64,000 nt of DNA from positions 12,147 to 76,146 of the forward strand of contig CALMJT010000190.1 of the NCBI GenBank assembly GCA_937864365.1. The letters are read 5' to 3'. Of this stretch, positions 38,540-49,355 are shown piece by piece. This DNA is from an uncultured Alteromonadales bacterium. Lineage in GTDB: Bacteria > Pseudomonadota > Gammaproteobacteria > Pseudomonadales > Cellvibrionaceae. A program made the position numbers and the translations under genes. The number at the start of each line of letters is the position of its first letter. Position 1 is the stretch's first letter. The notes beneath the pieces are model-generated. The model saw nothing but the letters and a program-made list of their open reading frames with translations. It was not told the origin of the DNA and searched no databases.

Positions 38540-38592
38540 TTTTTATCTAAGTATTTACCCGCCTTATATAATCTCTATCTTGCGCGTTGTTC

Positions 38593-38688
38593 TCAGAGCC
38601 TTTTTTGGCGTATTTTTGATCGGTTTTGATTCCTTTCCTAGAAGATTTTTTAAAAACTAATTTGTTTTTGTTATAAAAAAGGCTCTGA
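38593..38688. repeat. 14-bp perfect inverted repeat bracketing 68 bp
   Basis: TCAGAGCCTTTTTT (38593-38606) and AAAAAAGGCTCTGA (38675-38688). Confidence 0.8.
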
Positions 38689-39144
38689 TTTTTCTAACTA
38701 TCGATATAAAAACACCAAAATGAGTGTTTTTAATCGGCGTTCTAATACCAAAATTTGGTTAAATTACGCTCTTTTAATCTCCGCACTGAATGATCGAGAG
38801 CGCTTCCTTTGCTGGCTGCGATTCAACTGTAAGTTAGTGCATACAAACTTTTAGATTGATTTTTAATCAAATTAAATTTGTTGCTTTTTTTATCAGCATA
38901 TTAGTGAAAGTGTGTATTCACTTTTACTCTTGTTTACATTTTTGCGAAATTATCGCAAAAATTCTTTAATAATTTTTTTCTTCTTAATCCCAAATTTTAA
39001 TGATGGTTCTAACTTGTTGTTTTTAAAGAAAAATAGAACAAGCTAATGGACCCCTAATTTATTTAAAATTTTCCTGTTATGTCGTTTACTCCTCAAATTT
39101 GAATTTTTCCAATGCAATCAACGCGCTAAACAATTCTACCCAAC

Positions 39145-39172
39145 TTGACTTTAAGTAGATGCCACTTATAGT
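39145..39172 (+). promoter_or_regulatory. dcw cluster (mraZ) sigma-70 promoter
   Basis: TTGACT-16 bp-TATAGT. Confidence 0.6.
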
Positions 39173-39215
39173 GTGCATTAGTGGGAAAAAGTGGTGAATA
39201 GTGTATTTTTGTGGA
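39171..39215 (+). promoter_or_regulatory. MraZ-binding boxes (five GTG-initiated pentamers with exact 10-bp period)
   Basis: GTGTG/GTGGG/GTGGT/GTGTA/GTGGA at 39171, 39181, 39191, 39201 and 39211; matches the known GTGGG-N5 MraZ operator architecture. Confidence 0.8.
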
Positions 39216-39238
39216 GTTAGCGACTCTCTCGGTGGTAA

Positions 39239-39679
39239 ATGTTCCTCGGCAACCAACTCATCAATATGGACGCGAAAGGCCGGGTGGCTATTCCTACCCG
39301 TACGCGTGAGTTATTGAATGACGTTTGTGCCGGTAACATTGTGCTAACAGCGCATACCCAAGATCGATGTTTGCTGATGTACCCAAAACCTCAATGGGAT
39401 GAAATCTTACCGAAGATCGAAGCTCTGCCAACATTCAATAAGACGGCTCGTAAGGCTAAGTTATTGATGATTGGTTATGCCAGTGAGTTCGAGTTGGATG
39501 AAGGTGGTCGGATCTTGATTCCACCGACATTACGAGATTACGCGGGCTTGGAAAAAAAAGTTATGTTGATTGGTCAAGGTAAGAATCTTGAGTTGTGGGG
39601 TGAAGAGCAATTCTTTGAGCGATTGGACTCTGAAAGTGACGACGCTATGCCCGAAGAAATGATGTCGTTGAGTTTCTAG
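39239..39679 (+). CDS. mraZ: Transcriptional regulator MraZ
   Basis: [10 protein letters not shown] and [11 protein letters not shown] SpoVT/AbrB repeats. Confidence 0.97.
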   Translation: MFLGNQLINMDAKGRVAIPTRTRELLNDVCAGNIVLTAHTQDRCLLMYPKPQWDEILPKIEALPTFNKTARKAKLLMIGYASEFELDEGGRILIPPTLRDYAGLEKKVMLIGQGKNLELWGEEQFFERLDSESDDAMPEEMMSLSF

Positions 39680-39690
39680 GTAAATCTTAT

Positions 39691-40617
39691 ATGTCTCAAG
39701 AACACTATTCGGTGCTTCTTAAAGAAGCCGTAGAGGCATTGGTTATTACCGATGATGGTTATTACGTCGATGGCACCTACGGTAGAGGTGGCCACTCCGA
39801 ACAAATTCTATCAAGACTCAATTCGCAAGGTCATTTACTTGCCATTGATAAAGATCCGCAAGCAATAACCGACGCTCGAAAGTTTTCTGAAGATAAACGG
39901 TTTGAAATAGCACATGCCTCCTTTGCCGAAATGCAACCGTTGCTTGCAGAGCGTTCAAAAGTTGGTGAAGTGCAGGGTGTTTTACTCGATTTGGGTGTGT
40001 CTTCGCCACAACTAGACCAGGCTGAACGAGGTTTTAGCTTTACTCACGATGGCCCTCTGGATATGCGAATGAACACCACCTCAGGAATGAGTGCCAGTGA
40101 CTGGGTTAACTCTGCTTCTGAGCAAGATATGGTCTGGGTGTTTAAAACCTACGGTGAAGAGCGTTTCGCTAAGCGAATTGCCCGAGCGATTGCCCAGCGC
40201 AGATTAGAAACACCATTTACTCGAACCGCAGATCTTGCCGAGGTAGTTGCTGCGGCGAATCCGGCTTGGGAAAAGGGTAAGAATCCAGCAACTCGTGTGT
40301 TTCAGGCGATTCGTATTCATGTTAATAACGAATTGGGTGATCTAGAGGCTGCGTTAAATCAAGCCTTGGAAGTATTAGCGGTTGGTGGCCGTTTGGTGGT
40401 GATCAGCTTTCATTCTCTAGAAGACCGGATTGTTAAACAGTTTATTCGCAAACAAGAGAAAGGCGAGCAATTACCTAGGGGCTTACCCATTAGAGATGAG
40501 CAACTAAACAAGCGCTTGAGATCAATTAGTAAAGCGCAAAAAGCCAGTGAGCAAGAGTTGAATGAAAACATTCGCTCACGCAGCGCGATTATGAGAGTTG
40601 CAGAAAAATTAAAGTAA
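39691..40617 (+). CDS. rsmH: 16S rRNA m4C1402 methyltransferase
   Basis: [27 protein letters not shown] and [12 protein letters not shown] motifs. Confidence 0.98.
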   Translation: MSQEHYSVLLKEAVEALVITDDGYYVDGTYGRGGHSEQILSRLNSQGHLLAIDKDPQAITDARKFSEDKRFEIAHASFAEMQPLLAERSKVGEVQGVLLDLGVSSPQLDQAERGFSFTHDGPLDMRMNTTSGMSASDWVNSASEQDMVWVFKTYGEERFAKRIARAIAQRRLETPFTRTADLAEVVAAANPAWEKGKNPATRVFQAIRIHVNNELGDLEAALNQALEVLAVGGRLVVISFHSLEDRIVKQFIRKQEKGEQLPRGLPIRDEQLNKRLRSISKAQKASEQELNENIRSRSAIMRVAEKLK

Positions 40618-40722
40618 ATCTGCTTTCTTTTTTACCTGTCATACAGCAGGTCAGGTGAGTGAAATTTGCTCGATGGAAGTAATCAGTAACTCGATAAAAG
40701 TGTTTCGGTAACGGAATTTGAG

Positions 40723-41040
40723 ATGGATACACCGATTAAACCAAATCCAAAGTTAGACACTGTTAAGCCCGGTACTTGGATGGTTACGTTGGTGTGTTTA
40801 CTTTGGTTGGCCGTATTGGCTTCGGCGTTTGGGGTGATTTATTCAACCCACATAACGCGCATGAATACCAATATCTTGGCGCAAGAACAGTCCAAGTCGT
40901 CGGAGTTGCAGTTGCAGTGGGGGCGATATCTCTTAGAAAAGAGCACCTGGGCTGCATACGCGAGAGTTGAAAAAATTGCATCGGACGAGCTCAAAATGTC
41001 GGCACCTGATGCAAAAGAAATTGTGATCGTGGCTCGATAA
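40723..41040 (+). CDS. ftsL: Cell division protein FtsL
   Basis: Short cytoplasmic tail, single TM, coiled coil with W.RYLLE.STWA...RVEKIA..LKM. Confidence 0.9.
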   Translation: MDTPIKPNPKLDTVKPGTWMVTLVCLLWLAVLASAFGVIYSTHITRMNTNILAQEQSKSSELQLQWGRYLLEKSTWAAYARVEKIASDELKMSAPDAKEIVIVAR

Positions 41041-41083
41041 TTATCGATCACTGAAAAAACCTATATTTTATAAACGGATAACT

Positions 41084-42850
41084 GTGGCTAAGCAAGCAAC
41101 TCAAAAAATTAGGGCTCAAGCGGTACCAGTCCTAGTGCCAAAGTGGCGTTTTTACGTCACGGCGGTAGTATTGCTTGGTTTAGTTGCGGCATTGGCCAGT
41201 CATCTTATTCGCTTACAAATTCTTCCCGGAGAAGAACGTGGTTTCGAGTTTTTGCAGTCTCAAGGCGCTGCGAGAACCTTGCGTTCAGAACCTGTTCTTG
41301 GATACCGAGGTGCCATAACCGATCGCAATGGCGAACCTTTGGCTGTGAGCACGCCGTTGCTCTCTATAGAAGTCAATCCAAAAATTCTTTATCAGCACCC
41401 AGAAACTTGGGCGGATTTAGCTACGGCCAGTGATTACAGTTACAGCGAATTGAAATCCAAACTTGAGCGATATAAAGACAAACTTTATATGTCGCTCAGG
41501 CCCAGGTTACCGCCTGATGAGGCGCAAAAAATATTAGATCTAAAAATTCCTGGTGTGTACTCGCAGCAGGAATTTTTGCGATTTTATCCCTCCGCAGAAA
41601 TCAGTGCTCACCTCGTTGGATTCACCGATTTTGACGACCATGGTTTAGAGGGTTTAGAGCTCGCTTACGACAATCACCTATCTGGCGAGTCTGGCTGGCG
41701 GCACGTCGAAAAAGACTTAAAACAACAAGTTATTCGCGAAGTTGGTTTGATTAAACCCGCAAGTGCTGGCAAAGAGTTGCAATTAAGTATCGATTTACGC
41801 TTGCAGTATTTCGCGTACAAAGAATTAAAAGCCGCGGTCATTGAGAATAATGCACGCTCTGGATCGGCAATTGTTCTAGACAGCAAAACCGGAGAGGTAT
41901 TAGCCCTCGTTAATCAGCCTTCATTCAATCCGAATGATCGTAGCGAAGTGGAAAGTGACGAGATTCGAAATCGCGCACTTGTTGATCCCTTTGAGCCGGG
42001 TTCAACCATGAAGCCTTTTAGCATAATGGCTGCGATGGAAAAGGGTGTTGTTAATATTAATTCTGTAATTGATACCAATCCTGGTTATTTGCACGTTGGT
42101 GGCAAGACCTTTTTGGACCCAGTGAATTACGGAATTATGGATTTAACGAAAATTATTACTAAGTCCAGTCAGGTTGGTACTACAAAAATTGCGCTTAAGA
42201 CAGGGCCTCAACCTATTCGAGATATGTACTACCGGGTGGGGCTTGGTCAATCCCCCGGCACAGGTTTTCCCGGAGAAACGCTTGGCCAGTTGCCTCAGTA
42301 TGATCGGTGGCCGAAAGTTACCATTGCTAACTATGGATTTGGTTACGGATTTACCGCGAGTGTTTTGCAGTTGGCCCAAGCCTATAACGTGATTGCCAAT
42401 GATGGAATTAAAAAGCCGGTCTCACTCTTAAAGGTTCAAGAAGAGCCTGTGGGAGAGCGGGTAATTTCTGAAAAAATCGCTCGCGATATGAAAGCTATGT
42501 TAGCCACGGTAACAAAAAAAGGTGGTACAGGTTCACGCGCAGAGCTCGAAAATTATTTAACTGCCGGTAAGTCAGGAACGGCGCATTTAATTGGCAAAAA
42601 TGGTTATGACGACGATCGCTATCGAGCATTATTTGCGGGTTTTGCACCACTAGATGATCCTAGAGTTGTAGTTATTACGGTTATTTCCGAGCCAAAATCG
42701 GGTAAATATTTTGGTGGTGAAGTAGCTGCGCCTGTGTTTGGAAAAATTACCGAAGCTGCGCTGCGAATTTTAGATGTGCCTCCAAGTAAATCTGCGCAAC
42801 TGCACGCGCGCTCGGAAAATCGTTCTGATAAAGGAGGCTTTTCTTCATGA
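41084..42850 (+). CDS. ftsI: Penicillin-binding protein 3
   Basis: RGAITDRNG, EPGSTMKP (SxxK) and KSGT motifs; SxN motif reads SSQ. Confidence 0.97.
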   Translation: MAKQATQKIRAQAVPVLVPKWRFYVTAVVLLGLVAALASHLIRLQILPGEERGFEFLQSQGAARTLRSEPVLGYRGAITDRNGEPLAVSTPLLSIEVNPKILYQHPETWADLATASDYSYSELKSKLERYKDKLYMSLRPRLPPDEAQKILDLKIPGVYSQQEFLRFYPSAEISAHLVGFTDFDDHGLEGLELAYDNHLSGESGWRHVEKDLKQQVIREVGLIKPASAGKELQLSIDLRLQYFAYKELKAAVIENNARSGSAIVLDSKTGEVLALVNQPSFNPNDRSEVESDEIRNRALVDPFEPGSTMKPFSIMAAMEKGVVNINSVIDTNPGYLHVGGKTFLDPVNYGIMDLTKIITKSSQVGTTKIALKTGPQPIRDMYYRVGLGQSPGTGFPGETLGQLPQYDRWPKVTIANYGFGYGFTASVLQLAQAYNVIANDGIKKPVSLLKVQEEPVGERVISEKIARDMKAMLATVTKKGGTGSRAELENYLTAGKSGTAHLIGKNGYDDDRYRALFAGFAPLDDPRVVVITVISEPKSGKYFGGEVAAPVFGKITEAALRILDVPPSKSAQLHARSENRSDKGGFSS

Positions 42851-44346
42851 CTAGCCCTCTGAATCTTAGCGAATTGTTGGCTGATATTTCCAATTTGGTT
42901 TTGCCAGAAGCTACCGCGAAAATTTGCCCTAAAGACTTGGTTTCTGACAGTCGAAAAATTAGTGTCGGAGATGTTTTTGTTGCCCTAGCAGGTCATCAAT
43001 TTGATGGCAGAAATTATATCGAGCAGGCAATTCACTCCGGAGCTGTGGCGGTATTATCTGAGGCCGATACCAAGGAACGTATCAAAGATGTTGGCGATGT
43101 TTCGGTGATCGAAATTCCCAACTTATTGCAAAAAATCTCATTTATTGCTGCGAAATTTTTTGAATTTCCGGCGAAGAGTTTATCAATATTTGGTGTAACC
43201 GGCACAAATGGAAAAACTACCTGCTCGCAACTTTACGCAAATGCTAGGAATTTGTTGAAGCAGCCTTGCGGCGTTATTGGAACATTAGGAGCGGGTATTT
43301 TTGGTAACACATTAACATCAACGGGTTTTACAACACCGGATGCTATTAGTGCCCAACGATACATAGCGCAAATGAGTAAGAACATAAGCTTCCTTTCTTT
43401 GGAGGTTTCTTCTCACAGTTTGGATCAGTATCGAGTAGATAGTTTGAATTTTACTTCAGCACTATTCACCAATTTAAGTCGTGATCACTTGGATTATCAC
43501 GGCTCAATGGAAAATTATATTGCCGCTAAACAAAAGCTATTTTTAAGACCGGAACTCCAGAACGCAATTTTCAATATTGATGATTCTGTTGGTGAAACGC
43601 TAGCTGCGCACTACCAAGGTAGTGCCACCAGGTTGACCTATTCTGTAGAGAACCCCAAAGCCGACGTTTATGTAAAAAATGCTCGTTATCACTCTTCAGG
43701 TGTTGAGGGCGTTTTAGTAACACCAACAGGACAATCTGCTTTTTCGTCTGCATTAATTGGCGAGTTTAATTTAAGTAATTTATTGGGTGTTATAGCTACC
43801 TTGTTGGCTGAAGATGTTAGCTTCGAACAGGTTCTGAGCGTAATTCCTGAACTTCGGCCCGTCGCCGGTAGAATGGAAGTGGTTGATAACGACTTACGTT
43901 TACCAACGGTAATTGTTGATTATGCGCATACACCCGATGGCTTAGCGAAAGCATTAGCCGCTATGCGAGTGCATTGTAATGGCGAATTAATTTGTATTTT
44001 TGGTTGTGGCGGTGATCGCGATCGTGGCAAACGAAAAGAAATGGCTGCTATCGCCGAACAATATAGCGATCAAATTATCGTTACCAATGACAACCCAAGA
44101 ACAGAGTCTCCACAACAAATTGTTGGCGATATTTTTGAAGGTTTTCAGTATCCAGAAAACGTTATCGTCGAATTAGATCGCAAATCGGCAATTAGAAAGG
44201 CCATCGAAATAGCGCAAGTTCAAGATACCGTGTTAATTGCCGGAAAAGGACACGAAGATTATCAAATTGTCGGGACAGAACGTTTAAATCATTTAGACAG
44301 TGCTGTTGCTCGTGAAATTTTATCGCAGAGGGCAATGGCATTATGA
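42847..44346 (+). CDS. murE: UDP-MurNAc-dipeptide:DAP ligase
   Basis: GVTGTNGKTT, TTPD, EVSSH, DYAHTPD and DNPR (DAP specificity) motifs. Confidence 0.97.
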   Translation: MTSPLNLSELLADISNLVLPEATAKICPKDLVSDSRKISVGDVFVALAGHQFDGRNYIEQAIHSGAVAVLSEADTKERIKDVGDVSVIEIPNLLQKISFIAAKFFEFPAKSLSIFGVTGTNGKTTCSQLYANARNLLKQPCGVIGTLGAGIFGNTLTSTGFTTPDAISAQRYIAQMSKNISFLSLEVSSHSLDQYRVDSLNFTSALFTNLSRDHLDYHGSMENYIAAKQKLFLRPELQNAIFNIDDSVGETLAAHYQGSATRLTYSVENPKADVYVKNARYHSSGVEGVLVTPTGQSAFSSALIGEFNLSNLLGVIATLLAEDVSFEQVLSVIPELRPVAGRMEVVDNDLRLPTVIVDYAHTPDGLAKALAAMRVHCNGELICIFGCGGDRDRGKRKEMAAIAEQYSDQIIVTNDNPRTESPQQIVGDIFEGFQYPENVIVELDRKSAIRKAIEIAQVQDTVLIAGKGHEDYQIVGTERLNHLDSAVAREILSQRAMAL

Positions 44347-45698
44347 AATTACTGTTGAGTGAAATTGCAGCCGCAACCGGTGGAAAACTTGTTGGAGACG
44401 ACATTACGGTAACAACAGTTTCTACAGATTCGCGATCTGTTAATGAAGGCGATTTTTTTGTTGCGCTTGTTGGCAAAAATTTTGACGGCCACAATTTTCT
44501 ATCACAGGTAGAAAAGTCCGGTGCGCAAGCATTATTGGTCGATCGAATGGTCGATACGACTTTGCCTTATTGTTTGGTTGAAAATACCACTTTAGCCTTT
44601 GGTAATATGGCCAGTTTGGCAAGAGAAAAGTGGGCAAAACCTTTGGTGGCTATCACCGGCAGTTGTGGAAAAACCACAGTAAAAGGGATGCTTAGCCGTA
44701 TTTTATCAAAAGCAGGTAATACCCTAGCAACAGCAGGAAATTTTAATAACGAAATCGGTGTGCCGATCACATTGCTGCGTTTGGAATCAGATCATGAGTA
44801 CGCAGTTATTGAAATGGGCGCAAACCATCCCGGTGAAATTGATTACTTATCATCGATAGCAAAGCCGGACGTGGCGTTGGTAAATAATGTTTTGCCATCG
44901 CATGTAGAAGGTTTTGGCTCTGTGGATGGAATTGCTAAAGCCAAAGGCGAGATATTTTCTAATTTAAAAGCTGGCGGTCTAGCCATTGTAAATTTTGATG
45001 ACGACTACGCTGACTTTTGGCTAGCAAATCTAGGTGATCAACCTCGTTATTTGTTTAGCCAAAATAATGCAGCGGCGGATTTTTACGCAAGTAATATCGA
45101 ATTCAAAAAAAATGGCTGTGCACGATTTAAGTTAAACACGCCTGTTGGTCAAGTTGCTGTTGAGCTCGGTGTATTGGGTGATTCGAATATTACCAATGCA
45201 GTCGCTGCTTCAGCATGCGCGTTGGCTGCTGGTGCCAGTTTAGAAAATATTGTTGCTGGTCTCACCGAGTTCACCGCTGTTAATGGTCGATTAATGCTAA
45301 AGGCAGGACTCGGTGGTTCAGTTGTTATTGATGACACCTACAACGCTAATCCGGGCAGTGTTAAGTCAGCTATTAAGGTGCTCGCAAGTTACGCGGGAGC
45401 TAAAATTTTAGTACTCGGTGATATGGGGGAGCTCGGTGAAAATGCCGTAACTTGGCATCAAGAGGTGGGTGCATACGCAAAGCAGTTAGGCGTTAGTTCG
45501 CTTTTGACTTGCGGTATTTTAAGTCGTTTTGCAGCGCAAGAATTTGGTGAAAATGCCCAGCATTTCGAAAGTAAACAGATGTTGATCGATTATTTGATGG
45601 GTATTTTGAAAGAAAATTATACAGTTTTAGTTAAGGGTTCACGCAGTACCAAAATGGAAGACGTTGTAAAAATCATTGCTGGTGGGAGTATCAACTGA
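44343..45698 (+). CDS. murF: UDP-MurNAc-tripeptide:D-Ala-D-Ala ligase
   Basis: [29 protein letters not shown] and VKGSR motifs. Confidence 0.97.
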   Translation: MKLLLSEIAAATGGKLVGDDITVTTVSTDSRSVNEGDFFVALVGKNFDGHNFLSQVEKSGAQALLVDRMVDTTLPYCLVENTTLAFGNMASLAREKWAKPLVAITGSCGKTTVKGMLSRILSKAGNTLATAGNFNNEIGVPITLLRLESDHEYAVIEMGANHPGEIDYLSSIAKPDVALVNNVLPSHVEGFGSVDGIAKAKGEIFSNLKAGGLAIVNFDDDYADFWLANLGDQPRYLFSQNNAAADFYASNIEFKKNGCARFKLNTPVGQVAVELGVLGDSNITNAVAASACALAAGASLENIVAGLTEFTAVNGRLMLKAGLGGSVVIDDTYNANPGSVKSAIKVLASYAGAKILVLGDMGELGENAVTWHQEVGAYAKQLGVSSLLTCGILSRFAAQEFGENAQHFESKQMLIDYLMGILKENYTVLVKGSRSTKMEDVVKIIAGGSIN

Positions 45699-46780
45699 TG
45701 CTAGTGTGGCTATTTGAATACTTGCAAAGTTTTGCCAGAGGCTTTTCGGTTTTCCAATACATAACCCTACGTGCGATTTTAGGCGTTTTAACGGCGTTAG
45801 CGATTTCGCTGCTGCTAGGTCCTTGGATGATTCGCAAATTAAATTTGTTACAAATAGGTCAAGCAGTTCGAAATGATGGTCCGCAAAGTCATTTAAGTAA
45901 ATCAGGAACTCCCACCATGGGCGGAACCTTAATTCTTGCGGCTATTTTCATTAGCACATTACTTTGGGCCGATTTAGACAACCGATTTATTTGGGTGATT
46001 TTAGTTGTGACTGCCATTTTTGGTGCAGTTGGTTGGGTAGATGATTATCGAAAAGTTGTTGAAAAAAATTCTAGAGGCTTACCTGCGCGTTGGAAATATT
46101 TTTGGCAATCGGTCGCAGGTATTGGCGCGGCGGTATTTTTATACGTAACAGCGCAGGTACCAGCAGAAACTCAATTATTCGTGCCTTTTTTTAAGAATGT
46201 AGCGCTTGATCTAGGCGTTTTCTACGTTGTACTTACTTATTTTGTCATTGTCGGTTCGAGCAATGCGGTGAACCTTACCGATGGCTTAGACGGCTTGGCG
46301 ATTATGCCGACGGTGATGGTCGGTTCTGCTTTGGGTATTTTTGCGTACTTAGTTGGCCACGCCGAGTTCGCAAATTATTTGCACATCGCAAGTGTTCCCG
46401 GTTCTGGTGAGCTGGTTGTGTTTTGCGCGGCTTTAGTTGGCGCGGGACTCGGTTTTTTATGGTTTAACACCTATCCGGCACAAGTATTTATGGGTGACGT
46501 GGGCGCTCTGGCTTTAGGTGCGGCACTTGGCACCGTGGCGGTAATTGTCCGCCACGAAATAGTCTTTTTTATTATGGGCGGTGTTTTTGTAATGGAGACC
46601 GTGTCGGTTATTTTGCAAGTTGGTTCTTACAAATTAACCGGTCGTCGTATCTTTAGAATGGCGCCGCTGCATCATCATTTTGAGTTAAAAGGCTGGCCTG
46701 AACCGCGCGTTATTGTCCGATTTTGGATTATTACAGTAATGCTGGTGCTATTTGGTTTGGCGACATTAAAACTACGTTAA
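45698..46780 (+). CDS. mraY: Phospho-MurNAc-pentapeptide transferase
   Basis: [25 protein letters not shown] and APLHHHFE motifs. Confidence 0.98.
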   Translation: MLVWLFEYLQSFARGFSVFQYITLRAILGVLTALAISLLLGPWMIRKLNLLQIGQAVRNDGPQSHLSKSGTPTMGGTLILAAIFISTLLWADLDNRFIWVILVVTAIFGAVGWVDDYRKVVEKNSRGLPARWKYFWQSVAGIGAAVFLYVTAQVPAETQLFVPFFKNVALDLGVFYVVLTYFVIVGSSNAVNLTDGLDGLAIMPTVMVGSALGIFAYLVGHAEFANYLHIASVPGSGELVVFCAALVGAGLGFLWFNTYPAQVFMGDVGALALGAALGTVAVIVRHEIVFFIMGGVFVMETVSVILQVGSYKLTGRRIFRMAPLHHHFELKGWPEPRVIVRFWIITVMLVLFGLATLKLR

Positions 46781-46801
46781 GACGGTATACAAATAATTAT
46801 C

Positions 46802-48184
46802 ATGACTATGATTGCGACCAATAAATTAACAGCGATCGTTGGGCTTGGCTCAACGGGGTTGTCTGTTGCTCGCTTTTTGAAAAGTCGTGGTGAACGATTT
46901 GTAATTTTTGATACGCGCGAAACTCCACCCGGAATTAACGAGTTTTTGGCTGAGTTTGTTGATCACAAGCCGGTACTTGGGAACATAAAATCAAAAGATT
47001 TTATTGATTTTGCCCAGCTTATTGTCAGTCCAGGAATTTCTATTGCTGATCCGATGTTTGATGATGCTCGTCAACACGGAGTCGATATTATTGGTGATAT
47101 CGACTTATTTGCGCGTCATGCAAATGCTCCGATAGTTGCAATTACGGGTTCCAATGGAAAAACCACTGTTACTACACTGGTTGGTGAAATGGCAACTGCT
47201 GGTGGACTAAAAGTTCATGTTGGCGGCAACATCGGTATTCCCGCTCTAGATTTATTAAGTAAAGAAAAACCTGACTTCTATATTTTAGAGTTGTCGAGTT
47301 TTCAGCTTGAAACCACAAAAATTTTAAACGCTCATGCGGCAGCGGTTTTAAATGTGAGTCGTGATCATCTAGATCGCTACGATAATTTTATGGGTTATCA
47401 CGCAGCCAAAATGAGAATTTATTTTGGTGCTAAAAATCGCGTTGTTAATCGTGAAGACGTTTTAACCCAAGGCCCCATAACAGAGGGCGTTAAGCAGTAC
47501 AGTTTTGGCTTAAATAAGCCGGATTTTAATCAGTTTGGAATTTCTGAGTCACAAGGTGAGAGATTTTTAAGTGAGGGCTCACATTTTTGGTTAAATACCA
47601 AAGCACTTAAAATTGCTGGTTTACATAATGCTGCAAATGCCCTCGCAGCTATGGCGCTCGTAAAAACTATGGGTGTGTTAAATGAACAATCCATAGAAGC
47701 GTTGAAAAGCTTTACGGGTCTTGATCATCGTTGCCAAGTCGTAAAAGAAGTTGCCGGTGTTAAATACATTAATGATTCGAAAGCGACTAATGTTGGCGCG
47801 ACTCTAGCTGCCGTAAAAGGGTTACTGCCCGAACTTTCAAATGAATCTAAGTTGATTGTCATTCTTGGTGGCCAAGGTAAAGGCGCTGATTTTAAAGAGT
47901 TGCTGCCAATTGTTATTCCTCAAGTGAAGGCATTTATTTTAATTGGCGAAGACGCTGACAAAATTTCGGCGGCCCTGCGTTTGGGTTATTCATCCGATCA
48001 AGATTTTTCTCAATCGGTTACCAAACAAGATTCGCTAGAAAGTGCAGTGATTTACGCATCAAAAATAGCAAAGACAGGTGATTGTGTTTTGTTGTCACCG
48101 GCTTGCGCCAGCTTTGACATGTTCTCGGGCTATCACCATCGAGGCCAAGTGTTTGCCACTGCGGTGGAGGCCCTCGATGATTAA
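46802..48184 (+). CDS. murD: UDP-MurNAc-Ala:D-Glu ligase
   Basis: TGSNGKTT, ELSSFQL, NDSKATN and SPACASFD motifs. Confidence 0.97.
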   Translation: MTMIATNKLTAIVGLGSTGLSVARFLKSRGERFVIFDTRETPPGINEFLAEFVDHKPVLGNIKSKDFIDFAQLIVSPGISIADPMFDDARQHGVDIIGDIDLFARHANAPIVAITGSNGKTTVTTLVGEMATAGGLKVHVGGNIGIPALDLLSKEKPDFYILELSSFQLETTKILNAHAAAVLNVSRDHLDRYDNFMGYHAAKMRIYFGAKNRVVNREDVLTQGPITEGVKQYSFGLNKPDFNQFGISESQGERFLSEGSHFWLNTKALKIAGLHNAANALAAMALVKTMGVLNEQSIEALKSFTGLDHRCQVVKEVAGVKYINDSKATNVGATLAAVKGLLPELSNESKLIVILGGQGKGADFKELLPIVIPQVKAFILIGEDADKISAALRLGYSSDQDFSQSVTKQDSLESAVIYASKIAKTGDCVLLSPACASFDMFSGYHHRGQVFATAVEALDD

Positions 48185-49355
48185 TGCCTTGTCAGTTGGT
48201 AAAAATAAACTCCAAATAGAGAATCCTCTACAAGGTTTATTTGCTGATAAACAACTACTGATTTTGACTGCAATTCTAGTCAGTATTGGAATTATTATGG
48301 TTGCATCCGCATCCATAAGTTTTGCCAACGAAAATTATGGCGACCCTTGGTATTTCTCACGGCGTCACATTATTTTCACTGGATTAGGAGCTTTTGCCTG
48401 TTTGGTGGTTGCTCTCATTCCTTTAAAGCTATGGCGAGATTTTGGCTGGCTTATGCTGATTGTCGGAATTGCGTTGCTAGTGTTGGTGTTGTTGATCGGC
48501 GTCGAGATTAATCACGGACGACGATGGTTAAGACTTGGCTCGATCAATATTCAAGCATCTGAACTGGCTAAGTTTTGTTGTTTGATTTTTTTCGCTAGCT
48601 ATTTTTCTAAGTGGCAAGAAAGTATCAGAGCAAATTGGGCAGCGATATTTAAACCGCTCGCCGTATTAGCAGTAATTTCAGCATTAATTTTGGCCGAGCC
48701 CGACTTGGGTACTACAGCAGTTTTGGTAATGGCCATTATGGCGATGATGTTTATTGCAGGAATTCGCCTGTGGCAGTGCTTTTTGATGTCGTTTATTGCC
48801 TTGGGTGCGTTTGCTTTATTGGTATGGCAAACACCGTGGCGATTAGAGCGAATCAAAACATTTTTAGACCCTTGGGCCGATCAGTTTTCGAGTGGTTACC
48901 AGTTGTCGCAATCTTTAATTGGTTTTGGTCGCGGTGAGTGGTTTGGTTTGGGGCTTGGCAATAGTATCCAGAAATTGTTTTTTTTGCCTGAAGCCCATAC
49001 GGATTTTATCTTTTCCATAATCGCCGAAGAATTTGGTTTTGTTGGCGCTATTTGGGTTATTTTAGTTTTTGCTGCACTGGTGGCTAAAGCCTTTATGTTG
49101 GCGAGAGAAGCTATCAATCAAGACGCCGATTTTGCTTGTTTTATTGCTTACGGTGTTGGCGTGATGATCGCTTGCCAAGCATTTATTAATATTGGCGTAG
49201 CCGCTGGTTTTTTGCCCACCAAAGGATTGACACTTCCTTTTATTAGCTACGGCGGCAGTAGTTTGGTAGCGAGCATGATGCAAATTGGCTTGTTGCTTCG
49301 TGTGCAAAAAGAATTAAAGCAACCGTCGAAAACTCTTGCTGAGGTTCAAGCGTGA
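48177..49355 (+). CDS. ftsW: SEDS peptidoglycan glycosyltransferase FtsW
   Basis: RRWLRLG, Q.SELAK, EPDLGT, LPEAHTDF and PF.SYGGSS motifs; ATG at 48177. Confidence 0.97.
   Translation: MINALSVGKNKLQIENPLQGLFADKQLLILTAILVSIGIIMVASASISFANENYGDPWYFSRRHIIFTGLGAFACLVVALIPLKLWRDFGWLMLIVGIALLVLVLLIGVEINHGRRWLRLGSINIQASELAKFCCLIFFASYFSKWQESIRANWAAIFKPLAVLAVISALILAEPDLGTTAVLVMAIMAMMFIAGIRLWQCFLMSFIALGAFALLVWQTPWRLERIKTFLDPWADQFSSGYQLSQSLIGFGRGEWFGLGLGNSIQKLFFLPEAHTDFIFSIIAEEFGFVGAIWVILVFAALVAKAFMLAREAINQDADFACFIAYGVGVMIACQAFINIGVAAGFLPTKGLTLPFISYGGSSLVASMMQIGLLLRVQKELKQPSKTLAEVQA

Noticed and set aside
38856-38870. TTGAT-TTTTA-ATCAA palindrome resembling an FNR box
   Set aside because: The spacer is 5 nt rather than the required 4, and it is far from the mraZ promoter
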